DNA of 63,305 nt, the filler included, from Diploschistes diacapsis (Eukaryota), in the NCBI GenBank assembly GCA_023645945.1. It is 13 parts of 13 records of this genome, joined end to end, with 100 filler letters (N's around TTAATTAATTAA, not from the genome) between each part and the next. Parts side by side here need not be neighbours in the genome. Positions count along the whole stretch, not along the records: positions 1 to 3,049 come from JALAIB010002015.1; positions 3,150 to 6,191 come from JALAIB010002016.1; positions 6,292 to 9,332 come from JALAIB010002017.1; positions 9,433 to 12,472 come from JALAIB010002018.1; 9 more parts are not named here. One strand, written 5' to 3'. Below are positions 1 through 12,572 of the stretch, in pieces (position 1 is the stretch's first letter; each line of letters opens with the position of its first letter). Under the pieces are notes generated by a model, which saw nothing but the letters and a program-made list of their open reading frames with translations, was not told where the DNA came from and did no database searches. The translations under genes were made by a program, and so were the position numbers.

Positions 1-500
1 TATTAAAGGTATTTGATCTTCATAAAAATTAAAATACTTAAAAAAGTTCCGCATTAATTAATATTCCGTATTAACTGATATTTTATGTTACAACAGTCGT
101 AAAAGAGTTCTTAACCCCGATTATGCATAGAATCCAGAATAAGAGCTACAAAAGCCAAAGTATAAAACTAAAACTAACCGGGAACCAGCGCTTTCAAGAC
201 AGTAACTCTTGATCCTTAGCACGAATGGCGGTTGCTAAAAGAGCGAAGAAATAGAAAAACGCGGTAAAAAGGAATGGAAAAGCATTCATGCTTTAATCGG
301 GCACCTAGAAAAGGTATATAAATGATTAATAATAGAATGTGTAAGGCTGAAAAGTTGAGAATCTGCGGATATGTTATGGAGCAAGGCAAAATAGGGCGAT
401 AATTAGGAGCCAGAGGCATTCTTATAGGTAATAATAAAAGCTTTAAGGAAGGCCAAAAGAATCTCTAACCATTCTATATAATAAAAAGCTATAATTCTAA

Positions 501-735
501 TATAACGTAGATCAAAGATCGAAGACCGAAGATCGTAATAAAGATAATTAAAAAGGAAATAGATTCATGTTTTAATATTAGACTATCGATAAAATAAAAG
601 TTGTTATTTATATCTTAAACTTTCAACGTAGTAAGCTGTATAGAAACTTTATATTAAATCCTAGAACCATCCAATCAATAAAATTAATACTCAGCCTTAC
701 TAACTACTGGTAGCCGGATTTATTATAACGTTATA
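501..735. mobile_element. RIP-mutated LTR-like segment
   Basis: Bounded by 7-bp inverted ends TATAACG (501-507) and CGTTATA (729-735), consistent with RIPed TGTAACG...CGTTACA LTR termini; AT-rich, TpA-rich context. Confidence 0.4.
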
Positions 736-1309
736 CGCTAACCAGTCTAGAACAGAAAGACAAAGATTTGCTTCAAAACTTTGAAAAATGAAGACGCTGC
801 AGCCGATGTCAAATGTTGCAGAAATCCAGATCTACCTAACAAGATCCGAGAATTATTTAACTCACTTTCCTGCCTTACTAGTCTAAGTACAATGATTCAG
901 TATTTAGATTCGTAAAGGAAAGAAATATCGCTGCTTAGGCAAACGAGGAAATCTTAGCGGCCGCATAAGTTCTTTGTGTGCTTCTTTGAACGTCGCCAAT
1001 CAATCCTTCCGTTACTCATGCTAAACAAGTTTTAATAAGCACATTCGTAGCGGAATCCCGTGATCTCGGTGAATAATAACCCGATACTAAGCACGCTTCG
1101 TAGCTTGGCGCCTATCCTTAACCACCTTACATCATTAGATGAGAACATACCTTTTTGTAAAAGCGCGGGTTCAGCTAGCGCCGCTCATACATACCAAATG
1201 CTTTTAATCCCCGCATAACGTCGTGTGCTTACCTTTATCAACGTCGTCCTCACCCTGCTTCTTTCTGCGATGAACTTCCTTCGCACGGTTATATCTAAAA
1301 ATTACCGTA

Positions 1310-3033
1310 TGCAGACTTTAGGCGATTTTAATACACGGAAGCGGCGATATATAGATTAATATTATTAATTTAATAATGCTTCGGGCCTTAAAACGAAGAA
1401 ATAAAAAATTAATTATTTAAAGAATAACGAGCGGCTTCTAATATTTTAAGACGGATTTTCGACGATTTTATTAATTAAGGGCGTTTTAAAAGAATTAGAA
1501 CGCAAAAACGCCGAAAATTTATATTATTCGTCTCGAACTTTTTGTAAACGGTTTAAATAGTTTATTATTAACGGCGCTGCTGTAGATTAGAAAAGTAAAA
1601 ATCGTCTTTTTAAGCTTCTGTCGTAATTATTGAATAAGGAAAAGCGTTTCGTTAAGTAGGGAGGATCAGATTTAACGGATCTAAAAGGTGTAAAAGGAAT
1701 AAATACGTTTAACGTGAATTCGCTGACGTTTTTAGTTCTAAGCTGTTGTTAAATATTTGTACGATACGATGAGCTCGAGTTAAATTAATTTTCGAAATCG
1801 ATCGCGGGGAACGAAGTTTATAATAAATATAATTTTAATAAAAAGTATTAGATTTTACGACCGTGCGTTTTTATAAAATCTGACGAACGGTAGTATTTTT
1901 TCGTATGGATATAAATATCCTGATGGTTGCATTCCCCCGAAACCAGAAAATTAGAATGAAATTTAAGAAAGGATAAAGCGTTCTCGCGTTTCTTTATCTT
2001 CGTTTAAGTTTTTCGATAATACTTACGAGGATTTCGTGTAAGTTAATATAGATACGTTTAAAAAGAAATAGATAATTATATTAATTATATCGGTTATCGA
2101 AGGGAAAGTTTATAATGTTAAATGCGTCTCGGGTGGAATCTCGTTCAATAATCTTATTTATTTAACTGACGGAACGTTGGTTTTTGGAAATCTAGATTTG
2201 TATCACGATGCTCGTCCCGAGCAACTCGACCGTTAGGTACGGGATGAGTTGAGAAATTTTATTATTCTATCGACGTAGTATGACCTTCCGATGCTATTAA
2301 ACTTTTATATGGCGGTAAAGGGATCGGATAGTTCTTCGATTATAATTAAACGATAAGTCTGTTATTATAATATATTAGAAGCGCGGGCTATGCATATACT
2401 TCAGGCATATATATAAGACGGGGATATTTACGATAAGAATGTTTACGTAATTACGTTAATTTATTATGATGATTAATTTAAGATGTATATCAGCTATCTT
2501 ATTTAAAATAAAAAGTCAAAGGATCGTTTTAAATATATTATAACGCAAATCAATACGTGAGATATAATTAGTAATCTCGATACCTTCCGGTAGGGAGTTA
2601 TAACATACAGAAATCTTAAAGACTGGGTAAAAGAACGAAGGGATAATATAATTAATGAAGCGAACAGTAAAACTTAAGATTTAGATAATATAATTATTTT
2701 AAATATGTTTATTATTAGTTTCGTGTCTAGCTCCGCAACTCACGAGGAAAAGATATATATAACGAATATTTAAGATAAAATGCTTCGAAGCTTTGTTTAA
2801 GAATTTTTAAATATTACGAACGATCCAGAAACGGCTGAAAATTTTTAAGAAAAAGTTAAATCGAGCTATTTATAGTCGCTTAAACGTTTAGATATATTTC
2901 TGAAATCGGATATTTCCCGACGAAAACGTAGTAAAGTATAAAATAATATTGGAGTTTTTTATGGTTCATTAAATGTATTTACGTCAAAATCTTTTGTTCG
3001 TAGGTCGAAAAGTAGATCGAAGAATCAGAATTA
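1310..3033 (+). pseudogene. RIP-inactivated copy of a widespread fungal hypothetical gene family with a PD-(D/E)xK-like core
   Basis: Translation through RIP stops at ~2150-2660 gives LTDGTL..GNLDLYHDARPEQLDR*VRDELRNFIILST..DLPMLLNFYMAVKGSDS..KR*VCY...ARAMHILQAY...FR*GV..YRNLKDWVKERRD. This resembles a recurrent fungal family (KPDxYxGARPEQL...PNFFxxxKGPDG...RQACY). Boundaries approximate. Confidence 0.6.
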
Positions 3034-3049
3034 ATGACGAAAAGGTTAT

Positions 3050-3149
3050 NNNNNNNNNNNNNNNNNNNNNNNNNNNNNNNNNNNNNNNNNNNNTTAATTA
3101 ATTAANNNNNNNNNNNNNNNNNNNNNNNNNNNNNNNNNNNNNNNNNNNN
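3050..3149. other. Artificial contig spacer N44-TTAATTAATTAA-N44 (first of 12; others at 6192-6291, 9333-9432, 12473-12572, 15610-15709, 41427-41526, 44562-44661, 47697-47796, 50829-50928, 53957-54056, 57074-57173, 60190-60289)
   Basis: Identical 100-nt N-padded linker with stops in all six frames; flanking contigs fall in size from 3049 to 3016 nt apart from one 25.7-kb contig. Confidence 0.98.
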
Positions 3150-3413
3150 TTGTCAGGCGCAACAGCATGATTGGTTGTCATAAGGTGGCAGTCAAGCACT
3201 CACTGTACATGCTATGTATGGATCAATCTGCTTTGTTGCAGTGCTGTGTTGCGTTGCAGTAATTGCACAATGAAGCTTGCCTCTACAGCAGTGTGATTGC
3301 AGCATCATCAATGTCACCAACCATGCAAGCAGGGTCGTGGCTGCAATAATGAAGTGCACATAGCATGCGCAGGCTCCTTTCTGGTTGTACCATGTGGGCA
3401 GTACAAGCAAACC

Positions 3414-6186
3414 ATGGACAGCCCAACCCTCTCCACAGCCTATGTTTATGCCAGAGGCCACTGGAACCAGCCCTTCCTGAGACTGCCAGCCACAAATAAG
3501 GTAACTCCTCCTCCTCCTCCTCACTCCATGACACCTCCAGCTGCGAGGCGCGATCTTCGATCACCGATGATGCCGGATCAGGCGCCGCGCTCATCGAGTT
3601 TGCCCAATGGCCGGAACCAATACACATCAAGCACTTCGCTGCCTTCCGACAGGGGAACGACTAGCCACCACTCGACCCCGCTTATGCCGCACGGCTCCTT
3701 CCCTCCGGAGCAGCGGCGGCCGCCGGAACCCACAGCTCCTATGCGGCCCGCTATGCTCGCCGAGCAACGGTCACCGTCGCGATCTGAGGTCTCCGGTGAG
3801 AGGCGCAGAGACCCACACAGCCAAGAACCAAAGCAGACCTGGAGTGCTCCGCTCCGAAGCCACAGACCCTCTGCAAGTGAAGACAGCAGTCGCTCGAAGA
3901 GTTACCCGAAGTCTGAAATCGGGCGCTGCAAGGTTTGCCATTCAAGCTCAGACACCTGCGCCCATCGACGGGAAGACGACATGCAAGCCCGTGCCAAGTC
4001 GGCCGCAAATCACCGGGCTGCTACGAAAGAGGATTTCATGGAGCTCGATGACAGAGAAGGGACACAAGTAGCTTATTCCAATCATACCAAAAAACGCAAA
4101 CGACACAGCATGAGTGAAGCGCGGCGCAGCAGGGTTGCCTTCCGACAAGAGAATGGGTACAGGAACAACGGAGTGGAATCTTCCGAAGAAGGCTACGGCG
4201 AGGACGATCCGGAAGAGCAACCTTCGAAGCTCCGATCCGTAAGCTCGACGAAGTGCGGAGAATTTCTTGCGTCTCTTCTGGAGAAGATATCGAAAGAAAG
4301 GCTGGTGAAGACGATTACCAAGATGTGCGACACCAACTCGATGGCATCAAGCTGGTTGAAGAAGGAGCTTCAGAAGCCCGAGCCTCCAAAGAATATCTCA
4401 TCCATCAGCGAATCTTCGCCGATCACGCCAGTCAGCCCAATGCGGACAAGGCCTGGCAGGACGGAGACGGACTCTGCAACAGAGACCAACGATCCCGTAA
4501 CTTGTAGCAGGTGCAATGCCAACTACGATCCATGTAGCGAACGCAAGCAAGGAGAATGCCATTATCATAATGGTAAGTGCTTCTGGGTAGTCTGACAACC
4601 CTCCCCCCCCCTCTTTCCAATCCGTGTCACCGCAGATCATGCTGAACTTGTTTTCTGCAGGAGATCTGGTCCAAAAGATTCAGGGGGGCGAGCAAGTCTC
4701 AACGATCAAGGCTCGCGCCTGGTACTTGGAACACCACCCTTCCAGCTGTATGTGGACTTGCTGTGGCGAACGCGGTCACGAGGTCGGCTGCAAGTCTGGT
4801 GAGCATACCACTGCATTCAGCGACGAAAACGGCGAGGCTTTGATAGCTCGAGCACCTACATCTACAAGCATGATTATCGCTCCAGCGTCGTCGCGCACTG
4901 TCAATGGAGTCAAAGGCGTCGATGGACCCAATACGTTCCCTGGTCAGGATTTTGTACGTCGGATCTGCGAAGCAGAGAAGGAGCAAGAGAAATCGGCGAA
5001 ATCAAGAGAGCAGAACCCGACCAAGTCTCCGCCTGCGCCTCCACCTCTGCTACGATCAGCAAGCTCTGCTGCACTTCCAACGGACGTCAACTTTCAAGCG
5101 CTTCCCGACTATAGCCCCCCGCTACGCACCTTACCGAAAGGTGCTCCGGAGAGGATCTTCGATGTTAGCGGCCAGTGGAGTCCGCCCATCGACCTCTCAA
5201 GCGATCCGGATCGTCATCACCTTCACGAGGCAGAGATTGCTCTTGCGCAGAAGCTACGATTGACGTGCGCGTCCTACCTCTGTACCAAACGACGCATTTT
5301 CAAAGGCTTGGTCGAGAGTCTTCAGGAAGGGAAGGAATACAAAAAATCATACGCGCAGAATGCCTGCAGGATCGACGTCCGCAAGACCAGGGCCCTCTTC
5401 GCCGCCTTTGAATCGGTCGGCTGGTTCGACCCGAAGCACTTTACCAAGTACGCACCCGACGCCAAGCTCGGCACGGGGGAGATGTCCGACTCGGACCTGT
5501 CCAGCGTGGACGAGGAGGCCATCACCGGCGCTATTCCGAACGGCCTGCAAAGCAACACAAACCATGAACGTCCATACAGCCCGACCGCGGCCGCCCATCC
5601 GACTCCCCGTCGTTACGCTCCCTCGACGGCGAACGGCGTACCCCTGTCGAACGGTGATCGCCCAGAGAGCGGCAACGGCAACGGCAACGGCACCAGCAAG
5701 CGCAAGCAGCCTCACCCCGTCCACAATCTTCATCCCTCCACGTCCTTCAAGCCCGTCAACGACGTCCCTCCGGCCCCCATCTCACCCCATTCAACCGCCT
5801 CCCTCGCCGTTGCCCCTCCCGCCACATACCCGCCAGACCCTTACCCCCAGAAGGACGACTACGACGGCACCCGGCACCAGCAAACGCGGGCCCAAGGCCC
5901 GCCACCGGCCTCGGACTCTCCCGAAACGTACCAGTGGCGCAAGACGGGGTCGGGCAAGAAGGTGCAGGTGCCCATATGCCCGTACCCGCGGACGTGGGGC
6001 GAGGCAGACTCGGTGGACAGGGAGCTGGTGCGGCTGAAGCGGCACGAGGGCAAGCAGTGGGACGAGCTGTTCGAGTTTTGGAGGGGGAACGGGAGGAAGA
6101 GCTTGAAGAACGCAAGCTGCTTGGCGGTAAGATATTCGATACTGAAGAGGAATTTTGAGGAGGTTTGGGTGAGGCAGGGGGTCTAA
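3414..6186 (+). CDS. Nuclear protein with Cys/His Zn-binding motif, Fun19/Ada2-type SWIRM domain and C-terminal Myb-like domain; intron 4573-4660; start uncertain (ORF open from 3297)
   Basis: GTAAGT...TGCAG intron joins ORFs 3297..4595 and 4624..6186 in frame (ECHYHNG|DLVQ). SWIRM-like segment: LPDYSPP...DLSSDPDRHHLHEAE..LAQKLRLTCASYLCTKRRIF...AQNACRIDVRKTRALFAAFESVGWF. Myb-like tail: PRTWGEADSVDRELVRLKRHEGKQWDEL...LAVRYSILK. Confidence 0.8.
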
Positions 6187-6448
6187 GGGGGNNNNNNNNN
6201 NNNNNNNNNNNNNNNNNNNNNNNNNNNNNNNNNNNTTAATTAATTAANNNNNNNNNNNNNNNNNNNNNNNNNNNNNNNNNNNNNNNNNNNNTATGATGTT
6301 AATATTAATAATTTATTTAAATAGCAACGGAGCCCGTATATTTACTTTATAAAGATATTTTTTTATAATAAATATAATTATCGGCGGGTAAGGAATTTCA
6401 AATCTTTTTTCACGAGGTCACGAACTTTAATAATATAATTTCAAATAA

Positions 6449-6713
6449 CGTGTTTGACGGGGAACCGGGCCACCCCTAGAAGTGGGTTACCTTAAATTAT
6501 TACCGCCAACATTCTACGGTTTTTAGATATAACCTGTTCGTCGTAATTAGAATCTAATCGATCTAAATCGAATCTATCTTCTTCATTTTTATTTTCCTCG
6601 ATTTCAGAAATGCGATAACGTTTTTTACGCGTTATAAATCGTTTCGAAATTGTTCGACTCGATTTAACCCGAATTATTATTTTAAAAATTTCGTTTATTT
6701 TGGGCAACGCATG
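6449..6713 (-). mobile_element. End of a pogo/Fot1-type (Tc1-mariner) DNA transposon, RIPed
   Basis: TA followed by ACGTGTTTGACGGGGAACCGGGCCACCCC, an ACGT-start TIR with internal direct repeat; related to the TIR at 15411-15459. Confidence 0.6.
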
Positions 6714-9332
6714 TATTGAAGTCTAGATATCTAGAGATCTAACTAGAAGGAAGAGTTTATATGTAAGCTCTTATATCAATAGGATCTACTAAGCCCTATA
6801 GACTTGTACTACTCCCGATTAGGATTAATAGGAATCTTAGTAGGTTCAGCTGAACTTCCCAGCCATGTATTCTACCTACCTGTTCAACACTTTTCTACGG
6901 GCGGAACCATCGGCATGTTCATTTAGTTCAGCTAGATGCCTTCTATATTAGTTTAAGTCCTTTAATGAATATGTCGTGTTTGGCGTAATTTAGTAGTTTT
7001 ATTAATCCGTCGGTAATTATCTTGTTTATAGGTATATAAGTAATATTAATACGGTCTCGTTTGATTAGATCCCGTATATAATGATAAGTAATATCGATAT
7101 GCTTTAACTTATCGTTGATCCTCGCGTGCTTTATTAGATTTAAAGAATTAATATTATTTCTTAATAATTTAATAGTAAATAGAAATGGTTCTATAAATTC
7201 TAAATATTTAATATCTTTTATATTAGTCTAAGTTTTTTAATAAACATATCGTGCTTGACGTAGTTTAATAATTTTGTTAATCCGTCGGCAACCATCTTGT
7301 TTGTGGATATATAAGTAATATTAATACGGCCTCGTTTGATTAAGTTCCGTACATAATGATAAACAATATCGATATATTTTGACCTGTCGTTAATCCTCGC
7401 GTGCTTTATTAGATTTAAAGAATTAATATTATTTTTTAATAATTTAATAGTAAATAAAGATAATTCTATAAACTTTAAATGTTTAATATTTCTTAAGAAC
7501 TATACGTATTATACGGCCTGCTTTGCGGTATATAATAATCCAATATATTCAGCTTTAGTTATCGAGGTAGAAATTGAACTTTATTTCTTGCTTATTTATG
7601 ATATTGGGCCACCATATAACTGAAAGATGTGTCCATACGTAGACTTTCGGTTTACCTTATCTCCCCCGTAATTTACATTAAAATATCCTCGTAATTTTAA
7701 AAGTTTAAATTCAGGTTTAATCAAGAATTAAACCTTTATATCTTTAATCTTTCGAATATAACGAAATAGTCCCTTAAATATATATAGATAATAAAGATAA
7801 AGATTATTTATATATTAACTAAGCTTTTTAATTACGAAAGTAATGTTTGGTCTAGTATAAATTATTATATATATAATATTATTAATTATTTTTTAATATT
7901 AAATCTTGTTCGTTGGTTTAGGCGAGTCGCTTTATTTAATACCGCTATATCTATTAAGTAAGATCTTTTAATCTTTGTGCGTATCCGTTGTTATTTTAAA
8001 CCGGTCGAGTATCTTCTTAGCATAAGCTTCTTGGTCAAGGTTCAGCTGAATTATTCCTTAGCGCTGTCGCTGAACTTTTATTTTTAGGATCTTTTTAATT
8101 TCTTTCAAGTCCTTGATCTTATAACGTTCAGCGAGGGTTTTTTTAAATCAATTCACGTTTCGTAGTTTAGGTGTTATTACGATGATATCGTCGACGTATA
8201 AATTAATTAATAGTTTTCGACCTTATAAGGTAAAGATATAAGGATCGGCGTCGCATCTTTTGAATCCTAGGTTTAGGATTGTATTATCGTAATCCTCGTG
8301 TTAGTCCTTTATTGCTTACTTTAGTCCGTATAAACTTTTATTGATCTTTAAAATAGTATTCTTAGGGACGTTATATCCTTTAGGTGGCGCCATATATATT
8401 TAATGCGTTAATAACGTTTCCGTAAACGCGTTATTAACGTTTATTTAATAATATTCTAGATCTTTTATTACGATGATCGTTAATAAGATACGTAAAAAAT
8501 CCGTTCGAATAATAAAAATAAATATTTCGTTAAAGTCGATTCTTTTTTATTACGAGAACTTTTTTATAACTAATCTAGCCTTAAATATCTTAATATCGTT
8601 ATTAAAATTATATTTCACGTCGAATATTTATCTTAAGCTTATTATATTAATATTCTTTAGTTCAGGTAGTTCAGTTTAGATCTGATTTAGGAGTAAAAAA
8701 TCGATTTTCCTTCTTATTACTTCCTTTTATTCTTTCTTAAAGATTGAGTTATTAACGGCATTTTTATAGGTCTTTGGAATAATGATTCGAAATAATCTTA
8801 GCTTAACGTCGCTGGTTATTTCCTGCTCGCTAGCGACTAGTACGACGTGGTTTTTTAAGATTTTAACCGACGAGTATCCTTTATTATCCCGTTCTCGTTT
8901 GTTAGTAATAAGGGTCGTGTTAAACAGCTTTTTGTTTTAATACGTAGTTATTGTTATTGATGTATCATTCACGTTTATCTTGGCTGGTTTAGGTTTAAGA
9001 TTTAGTTCGAGTTCAATATTTTTTTTTAGAATTTCTATTCGTAAGAATTTCTTAACTAAAGTATCGGCCCTTAGGGTGCTATGATTTGCAACCGATTTAA
9101 ATGATTTAGTATCTTTTATCTAGTCTTTTGAAATATAGGTCCCTAGGGTGCTGTGGTTCACCGTTAGTTTAAATGGTTTAGTATGTTCGTTCTAAATTCT
9201 TTATTTCTGTTTTATTAATGCCCCGTTGTCGTCCGTGGTTAACGTGTCATTGCCGTTTGTTATTAACGAGGTATTTATTTCTTTAATATTATATACTGGG
9301 TTAGTGGTTGATCGTCTTACTGTCTTTCGGAT
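6714..9332 (-). mobile_element. RIP-degraded Ty1/copia LTR retrotransposon (RT-RNase H and 3' LTR 6714-6889), truncated by contig end
   Basis: Minus strand gives copia RT motifs NKSLYGLK* and YVDDII (~8180-8345) and RNase H KYIDIVYHYVRNLIKRGRINITYISTNKMVADGLTK. LTR has TATTGAA (RIPed TGTTGAA)...TTCAACA ends. Confidence 0.88.
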
Positions 9333-9787
9333 NNNNNNNNNNNNNNNNNNNNNNNNNNNNNNNNNNNNNNNNNNNNTTAATTAATTAANNNNNNNNNNNN
9401 NNNNNNNNNNNNNNNNNNNNNNNNNNNNNNNNGGGTTGGACTGTGGGCGGAGGGGAGGGCTGGGAGGTTTGAAAGGGGTAGGTTGTGTGGAAGTGTAGAG
9501 TGTGATAGTCTATGGGACGGATGCTTTCATACTGTAGTAACTCAGCCAGGCCCGGCGTGACCGGCTCATGCCACAGCATCATAATAATTCTATCTTGACA
9601 TCGCGCTCTTTGCTCGAAGCATCCTCAGCATCTTCTCCGAAAGCGCACTGGAAGAGAAACAAGCACGCAAGCAGTCCAGCAGCCCTCCTTCCAAATTCCC
9701 TCCCTTCAATCCTTCCTCCAAACCCCCGCGCCGTCACGCCCTTGCTCGACCTCAGTCATCCCGCACCTTCACCCCGACACTAGCCCT

Positions 9788-10341
9788 CTACTTCTTGTTC
9801 AACTCCTCCGTCTTGGCCTTTAGCTCTTCCTTGCTGGAGGCCGGCGGCATGCTGTCCGGCACCACGGGCCCCGGGTTCGCTTGGTAGTCTTCTGCCGTGG
9901 CTTTGATTTGCTCGGGTGGGGCGTGGTCGTTGTGATCTGGGGTAGGGAGGTCAGCGGGGTATGGTGCGGAAGAGCGATGGTAAGGTGAGGAGGGAAGGGG
10001 CTGGGGTGAGAGGTGCGGGAGAGGGATGCGAGTGCTGTAGGCGGTGCAAGGGGAAAGGGCGTGGAATGGAAGAAGGCAGAAGAGAAAAGAGGGAAGGGTG
10101 GTGCGGGGTGTAGGGAAACAGAGACGATGGAGGAGGGAGATGAAAGTCGGAGGTACAGAGCAATTGATGATGGATGGACTGGGAAGGGAGGTAGGGGTTA
10201 TGGGATCGAAAGGTAAGGGTGGAGGAAGGACATACGGATGGGATGCTCGCTGGCGGTGCTCTCGGTGTTGGAGGAGGGGTTCTTTGCGACCTTCTCGGTT
10301 ATGCCTTCCGGGGCTGTCTCTTCTGAGGGATGAACGGGCAT
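9788..10341 (-). CDS. Small 84-aa hydrophilic hypothetical protein, two exons (10341-10236, 9936-9788)
   Basis: GTATGT...GCTGAC...CAG intron 10235-9937 gives in-frame MPVHPSEETAPEGITEKVAKNPSSNTESTASEHPIHHNDHAPPEQIKATAEDYQANPGPVVPDSMPPASSKEELKAKTEELNKK*. Confidence 0.8.
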
Positions 10342-11084
10342 TGTTGGGTGTTTGTGAGGGCAGGCGTCAATATCCAATATGGTATGAGGTCCTGTACAGG
10401 TCTTGAGAGGAGCTTTCAGAGTTGCACGGGACGTTGATGGTGATGGTTATCATTCGAGTTCTCACTCAATATTATTCCCGTTACCCCTCTGCCATCATCA
10501 TGATTGCTGGTTACGCAAGTGCGGAAGTAGTCTGTAGGCTTCATCAGCTGCATGTGGCCCTGGTGACGTATCAGCAAATACATATAGGTCAATATAGCCT
10601 CCTTATGTATTTGCATTAGATACTCAAATCAGAACATCAAAGATACAAGCAATAGCAAGCTTGGTATAGTTGTGAACCTGCGGGCGCGGGAGAACTCTGG
10701 GTGACGCAAGCAGGCGCAAGGCTTAATGCTTATTTTACTGTTGTGTCTCTTCCTCCCTAGAGAGGTTTTCTCTGCGAGCCACTGTATCGACAACCAGTAC
10801 TTCAATCACTGTCTCTTTTTACCATTTCCGTTCGTTACTTTTAGACTTGAGACTATTACTTCCGCAGGTCATGTTTAGATAGGGATCCATTAGTGGGCAC
10901 TCAAGAATGAGCTTTTGAGTGTTGTTCTTCAACCCACCATCCTTTTACCTGTGACGATTGCCTTGTTTACTCGAACCTGTACTGCCAGACTATACTGCCG
11001 TTCCCTCCCTGAATGATACATGGCCGATAGTTCGGGGCGTTGTGAAATTGAGTAGCGAAAGGGAAGGCCACACCGCTAGCAACC

Positions 11085-12472
11085 ATGCCGTCCATGCTAT
11101 CAGATGCCGATCGAGAAACGGTCAAGAGAGTTGTGCCTAAGCCGGGCAACAAAATCTTCGCCGTTGCTGTTGCTAGGCTCTACGTCGCATACCCAAATCG
11201 TCAAAGATGGACATACACCGGCTTATCGGGTGCCGCCGTTCTGGCAAACGACTTGATCGGAAATACGTGCTGGATCAAGCTGGTGGATATATCTGTATGT
11301 TTACGAAGATCGGACAAGAACACTACCGTGCTAACTGACGAAGCCTGCAAGTTGTGGGGTGATATGGGATCAGGAAATCTACGAGCCTTTCTATTATAAC
11401 CAGGATCGCACATTCTTCCACTCGTTCGAGCTTGAGGACTGTCTGGCAGGGTTGTCATTCGTGGACGAAAAGGACGCAAAGACGTTCAAGAAAAAGATGG
11501 ACGAAAGAGAGAAGTATGTTAGCAAGGCAACAAAAACAACACCATTCCAGGGTATGGCTAGTTCTGCTGGAACCAACTACAACGCTCTTCAAGAGAAGCA
11601 CCATGGTCGCTTTAGCAATCTCCTGCATGGCCATCGTCCTTCTCACCAGCAGCCTCAGCAAATGCAGTCGATTCTTCCACCGCGGCAACCTGCGCCGGCC
11701 ATAATGCCTACGCAAGCGCAGAGTAACGCAAGCGCTATGGCATCTCTAGACGAGGTTGATCCTTCATGGCGAGGAATGTTGGGCGAGCTTATGAGTCTTG
11801 GAATTACCGAGGATCAGATAGCGGAGAACGCCGAGTTCATCAAATCGTATATCCTCGACCAACAAAAAGCCAATGGAGCGAGCAATGGGATCGTAGCATC
11901 GGATACCAGGACGAAAGTTCCCCCACCACCTCCGGCCGTTCCACCAGGAGGTCACAAGCCAATAAGCCCCCAGCCCACGGGTGGCACGACGGCGTCGAAG
12001 CGAGGAGCTCCGCCTCCCCCACCTGCTCCTCGTCGGAGCACCGCTGGGGTACCTTTGGCGCCTTCGCCTCCAAGACAGGCGACCCCCCCTCGTACTCCGT
12101 CACCTCCACGTCCAAGATTCAGAGCGCCCCCGCCGATCGCGGATGCTGGAAAATTCGCTCACGAGAATGCGCCTCCAGTGCGGAACAGAGCTCAGTCAAA
12201 CGCCCAACTACCAGGACCGCCGCCTCCGCCAAGACCGCCGAAAACACCAGAAGAACCCGATGAGCGTGGCAAGCATAAATTTGGGGTACCTCCAGCGTTC
12301 TCAGGCCAGCGGTCCGTTCCACCACCGGCACCTGCGAGAGGCTCTGTGCCGCCGCCGCCACCCCGAAGCAGAGACGTAAGTGGGGCGCACGGGGTGCCAC
12401 CATCTGCTGCGGCAGCTCCACCATTACCACCCAAAATACCAACAGGCTCGCCTTCCTCAGGCGCACCACCTC
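11085..12472 (+). CDS. LAS17: WASP homologue (WH1 domain + polyproline region), 3'-truncated at contig end; intron 11295-11343
   Basis: MPSMLSDADRETVKRVVPKPGNKIFAVAVARLYVAYP...WIKLVDIS|PASCGVIWDQEIYEPFYYNQDRTFFHSFELEDCLAGLSF is the fungal Las17/Wsp1 WH1 domain, followed by poly-Pro blocks. Confidence 0.95.
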
Positions 12473-12572
12473 NNNNNNNNNNNNNNNNNNNNNNNNNNNN
12501 NNNNNNNNNNNNNNNNTTAATTAATTAANNNNNNNNNNNNNNNNNNNNNNNNNNNNNNNNNNNNNNNNNNNN

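Noticed and set aside
12473..12528. ORF ends reading XXXX-LIN (also 15654, 44617, 54012) and the repeated TTAATTAATTAA
   Set aside because: Spacer artefacts, not a biological repeat or CRISPR. LAS17 and the formin break in GC-rich polyproline codons.
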